DNA of 64,000 nucleotides from Chrysomallon squamiferum. Lineage: Eukaryota; Animalia; Mollusca. The stretch is from positions 8,122,001 to 8,186,000 of the forward strand of contig CM022676.1 of the NCBI GenBank assembly GCA_012295275.1, written 5' to 3'. Numbering within the stretch: position 1 is the stretch's first letter; each line of letters opens with the position of its first letter. A model generated the notes under the pieces. That model was not told where the DNA came from and did no database searches. It saw nothing but the letters and a program-made list of their open reading frames with translations. The position numbers and the translations under genes were made by a program. This document shows, piece after piece, positions 15,909 through 42,100 of the stretch.

Positions 15909-16566
15909 GTGATAATATAATAATAATTAAAAAGATAAATATAATAATAATAATAAAGACAACAATATTAAAACTATATAACAAAATAAAATAAATATAA
16001 ATAAAATAAAAAATAAATAAAAATATGTAATAAAGAAAATTATAAAATTAATAATAAATAATAAATTAAAAAAATAAAACAAAATAAAATAATATTAAAA
16101 TGACAACAATATTAAAACTATATAACAAAATAAAATAAATATAAATAAAATAAAAAATAAATAAAAATATAATAAAGAAAATTATAAAATTAATAACAAA
16201 TAATAAATTAAAAAAATAATATTAAAATGACATTATAGAAAAAAAAATGAAATGATTAAAATCAAAATAAATTAATAATTACACAACAATTATGCTGATC
16301 TGTCAGTAACAATGAACAAAATAAAATTAACATGTTAACACACTAACACTACACTGAAAGGTGATTGGGCACAAGAGAAAGCATGTTTGAATCAAGAATG
16401 GAAATGAGGCTCAACCAATTTTGAAGTAACAATAAACTAAATGTCAGTGTAAAACTAAATTTAATACGGTTTTGGAATTTGACTAGAATTAAATATTATT
16501 TTAATAAGATTGAAAGCTTTTTTCCATTGTTTATAATACGGATGAAAACAAAAATGAAACAGAATG

Positions 16567-16614
<48 letters not shown>

Positions 16615-17146
16615 GCAACAATAATAATAAAATAATAATATTAATAACAAAAACAATAATAGCATAATAATAATAATACTGAAATAAAGAGGGAGAATAT
16701 TAAATAAACAATATAATGAATTAACTGAAACAAACTAATTTTATTTTAAAATATATTATCACCTATATGAAAGAAAAAAAAAATAACAGTAGATATAAAA
16801 TAATTACTTCATTTTATACACACATAAATAAATAAATATAAAAAGAAAACATTTTTAAGTAAATGTGAAGAACGAAAAAGAAAAAAAAGTAAGAAGACAG
16901 AATTTTACCTTGACATATTTCATTTTTTAAATGCTTATTTTACAGTTACTGTGTTCATGTTTTTATAAAGCCAAAATAAAAATTATATTTTATTTTTTTT
17001 TTTTTTTATACTATTAGCAAGGCCAAAACAAATTAAGATAGATTTTTCTTTTTGAAATAATGTGGCTTTAATACACTTTATACAAAACAAATTTAAAAAA
17101 AACAGTACAATGAACAAAACAAAGGGCATTAAAAAAAAAAAAAAAA

Positions 17147-17203
<57 letters not shown>

Positions 17204-17655
17204 CAATAATAAATGTTAATAATAACTACTACTAATAATAAAACAATAATAAAAAATAAGGATTGTAATAGCAAAGAAGTAGTAGCATTTGTATTAGTAG
17301 TAGAAGTTTCTGTAGTAGTAGTAGTAGAAGCTGTAGTGCTAATTATTATTAATAATAATAAAATTATAGTAATAATGTTAAGTAAATCTATCAATAATCA
17401 TTTACAATAATCTACAGTTAGTACGCCTGCGTAATATTAAAACAAATGTAGCATCAAAAGCGTTTGATCCTAATACTAAATATACATACACATACAACAT
17501 AACTACATAAATATCACTATTAAAATGTATCTCTTATAACTGGGCTATATATATATTACACAGATTAAAATTTTTATTTGTATTTGCATAATTACATAAC
17601 CTGTTAGAATTTACAATAATGGACATGTATGGCACAGAAAGAATTTCGTAATGGA

Positions 17656-17694
<39 letters not shown>

Positions 17695-17733
17695 CCTTAT
17701 GTATTAAAGGTTCCAAACATAACATCATCTACA

Positions 17734-17780
<47 letters not shown>

Positions 17781-18175
17781 TAATAACAGTAATAATAATA
17801 AGATAGGAACAAAAATATTTTTAAAAAATGAGAATAATTACTAAAACTAGAATGATTTTTTAAAGATATAAAAAAATAAAAATAAATAACTTAAATATAT
17901 TTTGACAAATGACGTTTTAGTAATTTTTTTTAAAAGAAGTTCTGTTTTGATTTATGTGCGGAATCTTAAAATGCATTTTTCTTTAGGAAATAACTGTTAG
18001 ATTGACTTTATACACATAATAATACTAATAATAATAATAATGCATGAAAAAGAATATGATAAATAAATAAAAGGATAAAAAAAAAAAAAAAAAAAATGGA
18101 ACAAGAAAATATTCTCACTTATCAAACATATATCTTAATTACACATTAAAAAAGTGTTCAAGATTATTTATTTGC

Positions 18176-18228
<53 letters not shown>

Positions 18229-18506
18229 TAATAACAGGACATCCATAAAGTATGCATGGGATTTTCTTAACATATCATTTTGTTTATTTGTAACTAACTC
18301 CCATCCAAATCTCACATTAAAACATTAATCAGTTATAAATGACAATTTATTTCAGTAATCTAGGAAAAAGAAAATTATGTTGATTTAAATGATAATCAGG
18401 CTTAACATTTTACTGCAGATTAATCATTTGCCAACTGTATACCATATCTATGTATGTCTCTATGTATATATACATATACATACTTCTATATGAATGTATA
18501 TGTGTG

Positions 18507-18546
<40 letters not shown>

Positions 18547-18693
18547 TGTGTCTGTGTGTGTGTATGTCTGTATTCCCCCCTATACAATTTAAATCAGCTT
18601 TCCTGTCTGAGTGGACATACTTATGGATGACCACTACTAATAAACAAAGAAAAATAACAGTTTTACTTAATAAAGGCCACATAATTCTGTGTA

Positions 18694-29209
<10,516 letters not shown>

Positions 29210-29239
29210 TTTGTCTGAAAGACAAATCAAAATAAATAA

Positions 29240-29600
29240 ACAAATTAATTTGACACAGTACGATTTTTACACTTTTTAAAATGTATTTATTTATATGTAG
29301 AAAAGTCAAATGAATTAATTTCATACATTATTATTTTTACTTTACTGATTCAGTTTTATGTACATACAAGTCAAAAAATTAATTTTATACATCATTATTT
29401 TTAATTTATTTATTTTTATATAGACAAGTCAAAAATTAATTTTTGTACACTATCTTTTTATGACAAATAAAAACAAAAATGTTGTACTTTTCTATTTTTA
29501 CCCTTTTCCAATGGTGGCAAGTCAAAAATTTAATTTTATATATCACATATTTCTGTCTGATGTATGTCAACAGGTCTCAAATTAATTTTATACATTACTG
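29240..29600. repeat. Degenerate ~55-bp tandem repeat
   Basis: Recurring caagtcaaaaattaattttatacat units. Confidence 0.5.
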
Positions 29601-31829
29601 TTTTCACCCTTTATTATTATTATTATTTGTATGACTTTTTAACTAAACTATTATTGCATTTTTACTCCAAGTTCATAGCCTAGTTATATTTACTATTAAT
29701 AACAGAACTATCATATTTTAACATTACCATCACTATTTTGTTTTTAAAACTAGAAACACTATTATTTTTTTACCAGTTTTTTTCCTATTTCATTATAAAT
29801 CTGTTATTATTAGTACTTTTTTGTAGTGATATTTCTGTTAATAATTATATTTTTACTACAATTATATAACTTTTTTTATTACTAATGTTATATTTTTTAC
29901 TCTAAATATTAATTTAACATTTTTACTGTTACTAGCACTACATCTTTCTTTTTATTCTATTATTTTTTTTTAAATAATATTAGTATTACTAATATACCTA
30001 CTGAACTTTTTCTACAGTTACTATTTACGATGTTACTTTTTAAAAATCACACTAGATCTGAATATTACTATTGTTCCAGTTACAAATATTTTTCATGCAA
30101 CTTTTATTAAAAATACTGAATCTGTTAATACTAAAGTTTTTTCTACTGTCAATATTACTATCACGTTATCTCATGTGACTGTTAGCAGTTTTTTTAATGC
30201 TACTACAACCACCACTGCTGTGACTTCTACTACTTCTACTAGTTGTTGATGCTGCTGCTGTTACTACTTTTGCTGCTGCTGCTGCTGCTACTACTGCTAC
30301 TACTACTTCTTCCTTTTCTACTACCTGCTAGTACACTGGTAATAGCAGTAGATGTAGTATTCGTAATAATATTATCATTATGTTTTCTACTATGCTTCTG
30401 TCATTACTTTTTCTTCCAGTGAGTGCTAGTGTACTTTCTGTTGCATGAATTTTTTTCTCATTTTACATGACTGTGACTGTAAAAAAGAAGAGATAAAAAG
30501 AAAAATTATACTAAAATAATGTATTAATGCTGTTAAAGTGATGCTGTTAAGAATAGATTAAAACAGTAAAATGTGCCTGTCATGGACCTACAGGATAGAA
30601 AATTATTCTGTTGTGATTGCTGTCCATCCAGGATAAACTTTTCAGAAAAAAGAGCCTTGATAGCAAAAGGCAAAATCATGGAAATTACAAAATAAATGTT
30701 TTTTCCACTTCAATTTTTATTTTTTTATATTCATTCATTCATTATTTATTAGATTCTGTTATATATATACATATATATATATATAGGTACTGGACCAATT
30801 ATCCAGACTCCTTGAATCGACACATTTTCTTTGATGTTTTTTATGGATTTCATTTATGTATTTTTTATATATTATTTATTTACTTATTTATTATTATTAT
30901 TATTAATATTATTATTATTATTAACTTTGCAGACATCTATCCACATGTCTAAATTTTGCTGAGAATGTTGTTGTTTGATTGTGGTTGTTGTAGAAATGAC
31001 TATGACAAAACAAAACAATTTAAAATACTGTCTGAAATGAAAAAACTAAAATGTGTATTCAAATATTTATGTGTAGAAATTTATTGAAATTTTTATTAAT
31101 TTCTTGGCAAACATCCAAAATATTTTTGCCTCACTTAAGTAAGTATGCATTAAAGGGGTGAGTAATTATAGACATTATGTTAGGATAAAATTATTTTGTT
31201 TTGTTTAAGGAATCAATAATTTGGATGTTTTTACTGATTTTGAATTACGTTTCAAAAGTTGTTTCAATTATGAAAATGTTTATTATACATAATAAATTAA
31301 CAGCTGAAATTCTACACTTATTCTACACTTGTGACAGTTTTCTTAAAGGATGCATATTCAGAAAATAAAAATGACTAAAATATGAGTATTTGTAGTATGG
31401 TAAATTTCAATGCCAAGTTTATTTTGACAGTACTTTCTATAGTTACTGTTTTTTCCATCTTTTGTCTCAGTGTTATTATTAATCTATTTATTTTATTTTA
31501 TGCCATTTTATTATTTTAAGTAATTAATTAATTTATTTTTCTAACTTTATGGTTGGGTTAGTGTTTGACTGCTGTTTCGACATTAAACTTATCTTCACGG
31601 AAAAGAGACAATAACTGAACTTGATTTCTGAATGTATCAGCCAAACAACCATTATACTACCAAGGTTGTATCACTGTCTGTGGTATCATTTATGGCCCAG
31701 ATACATTTGTAAATTATGTTATTAATTATAAAGTGTTGTCTGTGTTAACGTGTTATTTCGGTTAATATTTAATCTACATTAAATCAATCAGCATTTTAAA
31801 TATACTTCAGTAAAATGTTAAACAAAAAC

Positions 31830-33379
31830 ATCGTGATAGCCTGTTTGTGCGCATGATTTATCCCGTTCAGGTGAACGGAAAAACATTACACCATTCCCTG
31901 TGTGACCCGAAAAGCGAAACACGATCAAATTAAAACCGTCCCGAAATGCCAGACGCGAAAACAACGGAAAGAAACATCAGGACGGATAAATAATGAAAGA
32001 AATTGATGATTTATTTTGTTCAACTAAGTCGTTGACGTGTTTGGCTGAGAACATCGACGTCGTTGTATACATCGTTTACTTGTAATACATATGCTAATTA
32101 TCTATGCACTTAGTAGTTGCGCCGTCAAAAATTGACAGCCGAGCCAGAGCTCGATAGAACCGAACAGAAACCAGAACATGCGGTCTTCAAATCGTCAATG
32201 AGAACGAATTAAACACATGCAGTTTTAATGGAAAAAGTGAAGATCGATGTGTAAACTCACCGTTTTCATTGATACACTGTCGCTTCAATTCTTAATATTT
32301 GTTGTTTTTCACGCAAACATTGTTGTCCAATTTCTGTTACTCAATGATCTTGCCTGTCGGCCTTTTTTAGCTGGGACGTGGTACTTTCTTTTTCTGACTT
32401 CCAATTGGTATTCTAAAAAACAGGCGTCTGTTGATTTCTGTCACACACGTACGAATATTAATATGCATTCGTAAGCTATTTACGAAGTAGTTTATGTCAC
32501 AGTTATAACAGTAGATTCAGATTACCAGAGATGCTCATGGTACGAGTTTTTTTTTTTTTTTTTTGTTTTTTGGTTTTTTTATTCGCCATACGCAAATGAA
32601 AAACGTAAACAATATCCAATTTAAATTTATTGTATTTTTATTTTTATAGGATGTAATATTGTATAAATTATCTAAATAACTCAGAAGTTATTTTAAATAT
32701 AAGAAACAAATAACTGAAATAACAGTGGCCATTAGGGGGAATACAAATATATTCTACATGAAACAGTGATGACAAAACACATAATACTTCACTTTTAATT
32801 TATAAGACGGTTACAGATCTGCAAATAAAATACAACTTGTAAATATTTACATTGGTCCGGTCAGATAAACTGTTGTAATGTTTGTTAATAAATAAGTAAA
32901 TATACCTCTTAATTTTAAAATGATATTTTTATTGTCCTTGGTTTTTTTTTTTTTTTTTTTTTTTTCTCTTAGACTTAAGCTGTGATAAAGAAAAGCAATG
33001 CTTTTATTTTTATTTATTTGTTTCAAGAAAATTAGAAAGATGTTGTGGTTATTTCATATTTGTTTTCTTCTGATTCCTATGGTATTTCTTTCAAAAGTTC
33101 CTAGATATAATAAAAATTAAAAAAACCTATAAAATATGCAAGTTCCAACAAGCACAAAGGCATACATATGCATGGATCCTATTTTTTACCAGTACAATAA
33201 CGTATTTCGTAAATTTTGAGTTTTCAGAAAATAATAAAGCTCATTTCTTTCGAAAATTACTTCAAACTTTTTTGTTCTCAAATCCTCAGTCATCCCCAGG
33301 TAGATCATCTAAACAAGTTTAAAATCAAAATTCTGGAAACTGGTTACAATAAAAAAAAAAAAAAAAAAAAAAAAAATAA

Positions 33380-33440
<61 letters not shown>

Positions 33441-34482
33441 GAAAATTAACTTTTCACAGAGAAGAGTTAAAGATCAATTCACTTGTATAAATAACACAGA
33501 ATTACTATTTAAAAAGTATATCAGAAAATATTCGTTTCAGTTCAAACTAGTCAACTGAAAAACAACTTTAATAATATATAGTAATATACATATTGATATT
33601 TGCCAGTAATATGCTGTTGTTGTTGTTGTTTTCATGGTTTTTCTTTTTCTTTTTATTCTTAATGTTTCGGTAAATAACTTCGAATGCTGTATCACATTAG
33701 TTGTTTAGCAATCAGTTTTAATACCTTGCAGAAAAATAGGTCAAGGATAACCTACGGGTGAAAACACGAAGAGATGTTTTATAAAGCATAAGCTATGCGA
33801 ATTTTGCACTCTGTACCATCATAAATTATGTTTCGATATGACAAAATAAAATGACATTTAATCACTAAGTGACATGCCTCGTAAACAAAATAAAAGTTTA
33901 ACGTAACACTGAACCATACGTAAACATAACAATGGCGGGAAAATGCACGTGGACACGGTCAGCTGTTCGACGAATACAAAACAAAATACTTTCTGATTTC
34001 GAAATACCTGTGAATTTTAATGTCTGTCTATCATAAAGACTAGGGAATGAAGTCAATTTAAAATAAACACAAATCGTTTAAAATATAAACGATCAGTTAT
34101 TTGGAAATTACTCGTGTCACTATTTTCAACTGATCACGTGAAAATTTTATGATAATGTTATATAGTGTGAATCCGAAATAAAAGGATATGACAATCCTTG
34201 GTTCGTTTTAAATTACGAATGAATTTCTGCCATGGTGTAGTAATAAAATAAACTTCCAATTAATAGTTTGGGATTACTGACAGTTTATTATTTATATTTT
34301 ATATAATTACTGAAAGAAAGAATGCATTACATCTCAAATCTATGGTACCGGAACACGGGAGATAACCACAATTAGAGATAATAATACTAACATGTAAGAC
34401 AATGCGACTGAAAGATTATAATATATTACAGTAACATCGAACTGTTTAAAAAAAATAAAAATTAAAAAATTAAATTCTCCTG

Positions 34483-34519
<37 letters not shown>

Positions 34520-34634
34520 CTGTGGCTATAATAATAATAATAATAATAACAACAATAACAGATTCTGATAACGTTATCCCTAGAATTAATGTAAGAGTTG
34601 TTTTATCACGTAGACAAACTTAATTTAATGCAGT

Positions 34635-34683
<49 letters not shown>

Positions 34684-36100
34684 ATTTTATAAAAAAAAAA
34701 AAAAAAAACAACAACAACGAAAACGTAGTTAAATACACTTCCTTGTTCTCTCATAACCTACTTCCGAATTCAGACAGGACACGAATATATATATATACTT
34801 CTTAATCATCTTCCATCAGCATACATAATATATATTAATTTCTAATTTGTTTGGTTAGATTATGTATCTAGTACCTAAAATATATTTATATATTATGAAA
34901 ATAAAGAAAAATATATTAAAAAGTTTTTTTGAATTTGTAGATGAATTTTATTAAATATATATTTGTTTTCTTCTATTTTGTGCATTTCAGTGTTTTATAT
35001 TTCCGATTAACACTGGCTCATTACGTCTGTTTCCGAAAAAAGACGTAATCATTTAGATGACATCATTGGAATGACGTATTTTTGTGAACACATAACCATA
35101 CTTTCGCTTTGTTTTTATTTAGATAGTTAGTTGGTTTTGTATTAAATGTAAGATAATTAAATAAAATTCGTATTTTAATTAATTTTTGTATGTTATTTAC
35201 CAAATGCATAAACATCTGCGGAATCGATTTTAGTGGTCGAATTGTTAAAGACCAATAAAAACATACAAGCGAGAAGAAAATAAATTAAATTAAAAAGAAA
35301 AACTTAATAAAATCTTTCAGAATTAAATTTGTACATGTTTGTGCGTGTATGCTTATCACGCAGATTATGCATATCAGCAACAATTAATTAAAATAAAGAA
35401 TATAAATAAATAAATTAGTTTAAACTAAATTAAATTCGTAAATGTTAATATGCTATTAGTTTTTAATTTCATTGATGTTTAGCACATACATATGAGAATA
35501 TCTTCTAATATTCTTTAAAATGTAAATGAATTTTGTTTCATTCTTTATATTATTGGGAACTGACAATGTGTTACTTTTAATTACAGAACTTTATATGTCA
35601 ATGTAAAGAAAATTTTATGTTGTATGAGACCTATTGATTTTTATGTTGTATAAAATTGTCTCCCTTTACAAGAATTTTTGCTTGTATTTGCAGTATTATT
35701 TTATTACTTAAATATAATATCGAGTACTGTTAGATTTTAATACAATGCATAATGATGTCAATTAATAAGGTAACTGTTTCCAAGTAAATAAACATTCTGA
35801 AGTTCTTGCCACGAATGATCTATCAATTCCGAGACTCCTGATTGTAATATCAGGTACATTTCCGGTTGGTTACTCGTACTTCTGCTACGATATAAATTGA
35901 ATGATATATTCTAATTATTTAATATCTAGTTTCATAGTAAATATACGTTTGATTAAGCAGTAGTTTTTGGTAATGTGCACTATAATAATATAATTTTTCA
36001 CATGCATGAACTATTTTTTTAATTTTTATTGAATTAAAATTTAAAACGATTGTATTCTATTCTTTAATTAGTTTAATATAAATAATAAAATGTACGTGAT
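31830..36100. promoter_or_regulatory. CpG-retaining divergent promoter region between BBX (-) and the zinc-finger gene (+); probable BBX non-coding first exon ending at 32261
   Basis: CpG dinucleotides appear abruptly relative to the CpG-poor flanking introns. Minus-strand donor acg|gtgagt at 32261/32260. A YY1-like aatggcgg and an E-box cacgtg occur at ~33931-33951. Confidence 0.55.
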
Positions 36101-36582
36101 GATTATGATTAACAAACATTAATATTAATATATTATGTTAATTCACATTGTAATGTAGATTGTAGATGTGATCATAATATCAATTTTGATTATGAGTAGT
36201 CATGTTATTTGGTCATAAAAATGAGTTCTCACTGGATCTGATGAGAGGTTACTAATTAATTAACTCCAAATAAAACTCATCTATCAGCAGCAGTTGCATT
36301 GATATAGAAATTACCTCAGGCATAAAAGAATACATACTTTGTTCTCCTCAGATAACTGATTTTGTCATATTCATAATTACTGACATATTATTTATTTATT
36401 TAATATTTGTTAAAACTTTATTTATTTATTTATTTTATTTTATTATTATTATTTTTTTTGTTCTTGTTCTTGTTCTTCTTACTATTTATTTATTTATCTT
36501 TCAGCTGTCAGAAGGATTTAAACTAATTCAAACAATGGAGGGGAGACCACTGATTTTAAATAAGGAGAGTTAAAAAGGAGAA

Positions 36583-38709
36583 ATGGGAGAACGGAAGAGA
36601 AAACACATCTGTGTTGTCTGTCAAAAAACTGTTCAGACGAAACCAGCATTCATCTCACATCTCCTGTCTCACTCCGAAATACGTTGTTCAGGATGTCAGG
36701 AACTGTTCACATCATCGGCATCACTTCAGCAGCATCTTCTGTGTCACACTCGGGCTACCTGTCTCCTCTGCCAACAGACATTCCCGCGGTTGTCAACACT
36801 GAAGCAGCACATGATGTCATCTCACTCGTCTTTCATGTGTGGAATCTGCCGAGTCATCGTGGCGTCTGCTGCATGCCTGGAATCTCATCTGCTGACTCAC
36901 GTCAACCAGTCAAACGACAAGGATAACAAATCTGCAGCTACATCTCTCGCCACATCGCAGTCCGATGACAGTCTTGATGATGCTTCCATCAACAACCTGG
37001 AAATCAGTTTCGGGATCTCATCTTCAGTCACAACATCTTCTAATTCACTTCATAAAAATGCTAACTCTTCATCTTCAACATCATTGCATTCTAACAATGG
37101 CACAGCAGCTAATGATGTCTCCAATTCTGATGCTGAAGTATGTGACGATGATAACGATGGATGCAATAACACAAACTCTGATAACAAATTCACAGACGGT
37201 TGTTGCATCACTAATAATAAGAACAAAAGCATTAATAATGAAAATCATAATGATAATCATAATAATAATAATAATAATAATATTAATAATAATAATAATA
37301 ATAAAAATAATAATAATAATGCAGGAAAAGACATATCTGGTTTTGTACAGGCAGTAAAACAAGAAATAAATGAATGTTTGAATAACAACGATAACAGTTT
37401 ATCTCACGACATCTCCTTTACCCAGAACCAAAACGAATCGCTTAAAATCAAAATGGAGAGTGACTATGGTGACAATCAAATGATTCAGTCTGATTCAGTG
37501 ATGTGTAAAATTTGTAAAGAACAATTCGAAACCCACCACGAGCTCAAACTGCACATGAAAAGTCATGATTCGGAGAAGCTTTATCGATGCAAGATATGCA
37601 GTTCAACATTCCGGTTTTCAGTGGCACTTAGACGACACGTAACAACCCATGTTAAAAATCCAGGTATTTATTAATAGAATATTTAAAATGGATAGCATAA
37701 ATAAGATAACAAAAATTTTAAATTTTTTTTTTTTTTTTTTTTTTTATATTATTCATTTATTTCTGGAATGACTCATAGAATATTTAAATTAGATAAAAGA
37801 AATTATCTGAATAAAAATAAATAAATAATATAATATAATAAGATATTAATATTAATAAGTGGAATTAGTCGCAGAATATTTACATTACATAAAACAAGAA
37901 TAAAATAATAATAAAAACAATAAAAATAATAAATAAAATAACTTTTATTAATTTTAAAAAATTTTTTATTATTATTATTATTATGATTATTATTATTTTA
38001 TTTTTTATTTTGTATCATTAAAATAAAATATATTTTTTAATATATAATGAAAAGGACATTTCTTTCAGTGTTAACAGCTTGTTCATAAACATTTTATATA
38101 TGTAAAATAATTTTATAGCATGTGTCACCATAACCATTATACTGACAAAAAATTCCAAAACAAAATAGGAAAACTAATGAGGAAAAACACAAAGTTGTCT
38201 TCTTTTTCTTCATTATTTATATTAGTGTCATGTTTTTAATAATTTATACAAAACTAGCATATGAATAGTTATGTGAGATTTAGAATAAGAAAAAGGCAAA
38301 ACAATTTATGTCTGTGTGTGTGTGTGTGTGTGTGTTTTGAAGTTTTTTTTTTTGATATGGTTTTTAGAAATTGAAATATTTAAAAAATAAAACAAAAAAC
38401 ACAACAAAAAACCCACAACAACAATACCTAGAATATTCATTTAAAATCTAAATTTCAGATTCTGTATTCTGTGTGTATATATATATATGATTATGATTAT
38501 CATATATAAATGTACACATTTGTACACACACACATAAAACCATATTAAAATGTGAATATATTGCTTAAAATTCAAACTGGCTAGATCTGACTAATTAAAA
38601 TACTGTTCGTTTAATTAGAGTAGCTTTTTAATCTTTCTTTTTTTTTTAAATTTATTATTATCATCTTTTAACTGAACCCAAATGTTTCCAAATATCCATT
38701 CTTGTAAAA

Positions 38710-38743
<34 letters not shown>

Positions 38744-39119
38744 TTTCATTTTCAGTTTCTGCTCCTACTGAAAACGCCTACAAATGCCACCAGTGTTGTT
38801 TGGCATTTCCCAGCACTCGACAGCTGGACCAGCACAACCACATCCACACTGGCAAACGTCCATACAAATGCAGCCACTGTGGTCAGGCCTTCATGAAGGC
38901 CAATTCGCTGAAGCACCATGTGAAAACTCACCGACTGAAAGGCAGATCAAGTCTGTTCTGCTGCAACAAGTGTAACAAGACTTTCAACACCCTCAGTCTC
39001 CTAGACAAACACGTGTCCAGTCATCTAGGAGAAGGAGCCTATCAGTGCGCCATCTGTGGGCAGCAGTTTAACTTGTCACGAACGTTGATGGTTCACGTCA
39101 TATCTCTTCATTCTAAAGG

Positions 39120-39153
<34 letters not shown>

Positions 39154-42100
39154 CATTATCATTATTGTCAGCATTATTGTTATTATCATTACTATTATTA
39201 TCATCATTATCATTATAATTTTCATTGTCATTGGTATTATCATTACTATTATTATCATCATCATTATCATTATTATTATTACAGTTATTATTATTATTAT
39301 TATTATTATAAGGTTCTTAGCAGTGATAGTAAAAGAAATTGTATTAGAAACAAGTAATATTAGTAAAAACACTAGTAGTACTAGTCATAGTAGCTGCAGT
39401 ATTAAATCAGTTGCAATCATAGAACTAGCAGTAGTATTACTAGATATGGGAATAGTGTTAGTAGTACTAATATTTGTGTAAGAATATTAGTAGTAATAAT
39501 GAAAACAGTAGTAGTTATAGTATCAGTAGTACTTGTAATAGTAGTAATAGCAGTATTTGTAACAGTGGCAGTCATGCAGTATTAGCTGTAGTAGTAGTTT
39601 TAGTGGTAGTAATGGTGATGTAATAGTAATAAAGGTGATGATAATAGTAATGTATGTATTAATAATGAAAAATATAAAGATGAACAAATCTTCAGTAAAA
39701 AAAATTAAGTAAATGACTTTTAATATATTTCCATATCTGAATATGAACAAACAAAAAATATTTTAATACTTTTTATGTAAGGTAATACATTTTTATTATA
39801 TTATTTTTTACTTTTTATTTTTACTTTTTTACTTTTATATTTTTTATTTTTGAATTTTTTTATTTCAGTCACAGTTGACTGCCCCGACCCATACGTCTGT
39901 AACGAATGCGGTGAATCTTTCCCGACAATGAAAATTCTCGAAGCTCACATCCACAATCACCGAGCTGCTCAGCCCTTTCACTGCAACCTCTGTTCTCAGA
40001 TCTTCACCGACTTCGACTCCCTGAAAACCCACATCGCAGGACACCAGAACTCGTCGACCAGTTCCGAAATCGTCAAGTGCGGAATCTGCCTCAAGCGCTT
40101 CGGTTCCGCGTTCTACCTCAACTCTCACGTGAAGCGCCACCTGGTGCAGAAGGAGTACAAGTGTCCCGTGTGCGGGAAGCGCCTCGTGCACGCGCGCTCG
40201 CTGAAGCTGCACCTGCAGTCGCACTCGTTCAACGGCACCCACAACTGCAGCGTGTGCCTCGCGGGCTTCAAGACGAAGACGGCGCTGTTCGTGCACTTCC
40301 GAATAAACCACAGCGAGCAGATGCCTCACAAGTGTGACCAGTGCGGGCGTGGCTTCTTCATCAAAGGGAGGCTGCTCAATCACCGGCTCGTGCACATGGG
40401 GGGTAAGGACTTTGCGTGCGAGGAGTGCGAGCTGGGGTTCGACACGGAGGGAGCTTATCACAAGCACATGTGGAAACAGCACGGACACAAGCTGAGGACG
40501 TTCGTGTGCGACATTTGTAATCGCAAGTTGAGGTCAGAGCATTCGCTGAAGGAACATTACCGAACGCACACGGGAGAGAAACCGTATATGTGCGACATCT
40601 GCGGAAAGTGTTTCACTCAGAGGCAGATGTTGACTTCACATCGAAGACTTCACACTGGTGAGGCTTTTTTTTTTTATCTTCAGATAAACTTCGGTTAAAC
40701 GTTTTAATTTAAAAAAATGTATCGGAAGGTTCTTGATGGTAATGGAATTGAACCACTTGAATGTTTTCCAGTAATTGTTATAGTACTAAACACCAGATGT
40801 TGCTTCTGACGATGATGTTTCAAAATAAATTAAAATAGATTTATTAACCAATTTTGCAATGGGATTGAAATTGACTTAAATCCCACTTTACTGTTAGGTA
40901 GAGGATTAGTTTATAACATCAAAGCCATCTAATTGTGATGAAATATGAGATTACTTTAATAAGATTAGTTTCGTGATAAATATCGTATTTAATTTTTAGA
41001 ATGTTTGGTTTCGGTAAATTATTTTATTTTGTCTTCATATTTTAGGTACCTTCTTTTTGTGTAATTTGTACATTATTATTTTTATTATTGCTGATACTGT
41101 TATTGTTGTTGATTTATTATTATTATTATTATTATTAATAGAGCTATTACTATCATAATAATTATCAGTTACCAGTTTTTTGTTGTAATTAGTATTATTA
41201 TTATTATTATTATTATTAATGAAGTTATTATTAATAGAGCTATTACTATCATAATAATTATCAGTTACCATTTTTTTGTTGTAATTATTATTATTATTAC
41301 ATTTCATTTGTTATTGTTGCTGTGTTGCTTTTATTACTCTTTCTTACTACTACTATTATTATCATTTAATCATCACTTTATCATTATCAAGGTGAACGAC
41401 CCTACAAATGCAAGCTGTGCGAAGAGACGTACGTGTCAAACTCCTATCTCTACCACCACATGAAGCGATGCCACCTCAACGAGCGCCCCTTCATCTGCGA
41501 GGTGTGCGGCAACAGCTACCGCGCCGGCAGCCAGCTGAAGGTGCACTCGCGGACGCACACGGGCGAGCGGCCGTACCAGTGCAAGGAGTGCGGCAAGGCA
41601 TTCAACACGGGCTCCACGCTCCAGCGCCACAGCCTGGTGCACACGGGGGAGAAGGCGCACAAGTGCGAGTGGTGCGGCAAGTCGTTCGGCAAGCCGTACA
41701 CGCTGAAGGTGCACACGCGCATCCACACGGGCGAGGCTCCGTTCAAGTGCGACGTGTGCGCGAAGGCGTTCCGGCAGAAGTGCTCCCTGCAGGACCACCA
41801 GAAGCACCACACCAAGGAAGGAGGCTCGGCAGTGTCATCGTCATCGGGCAGAGGTCAAGGTCAAGGTCAAGGTAAAGCTCCTGGAAAGGTCGCCGCACCA
41901 CCAGTGTCGAGGCACCAGAGAAAGAATCCCGGCATTTCCTCGACTCTGTTCGGCAGCAGCGACCACGACCCACTGGCCTACAAACCGCCGCAGGGTCAAG
42001 GTCAAGGTCATCTGCCATGCGACATGCCGTGCAAAGCAGACGTGCTGAGGAAACAGGCTGCGGAGTCGTCTGTTCTGTTCTACGACCAGTCGCCACGGAG

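Noticed and set aside
1-18400. Many poly-I/L/Y/N/F ORFs in the ORF track here and elsewhere
   Set aside because: Translations of (TAT/ATA)n, (TTTA)n and (CA)n microsatellites; no splice or domain support.
30325-30476. Possible additional BBX upstream exon
   Set aside because: Splice-like signals exist but all three frames contain stops; at most UTR, and unsupported.
39119-39357. Poly-Cys/His/Tyr extension of the ZNF exon 2 ORF
   Set aside because: Read-through into intronic (TGT)n/(TAT/CAT)n repeats after the donor at 39119.
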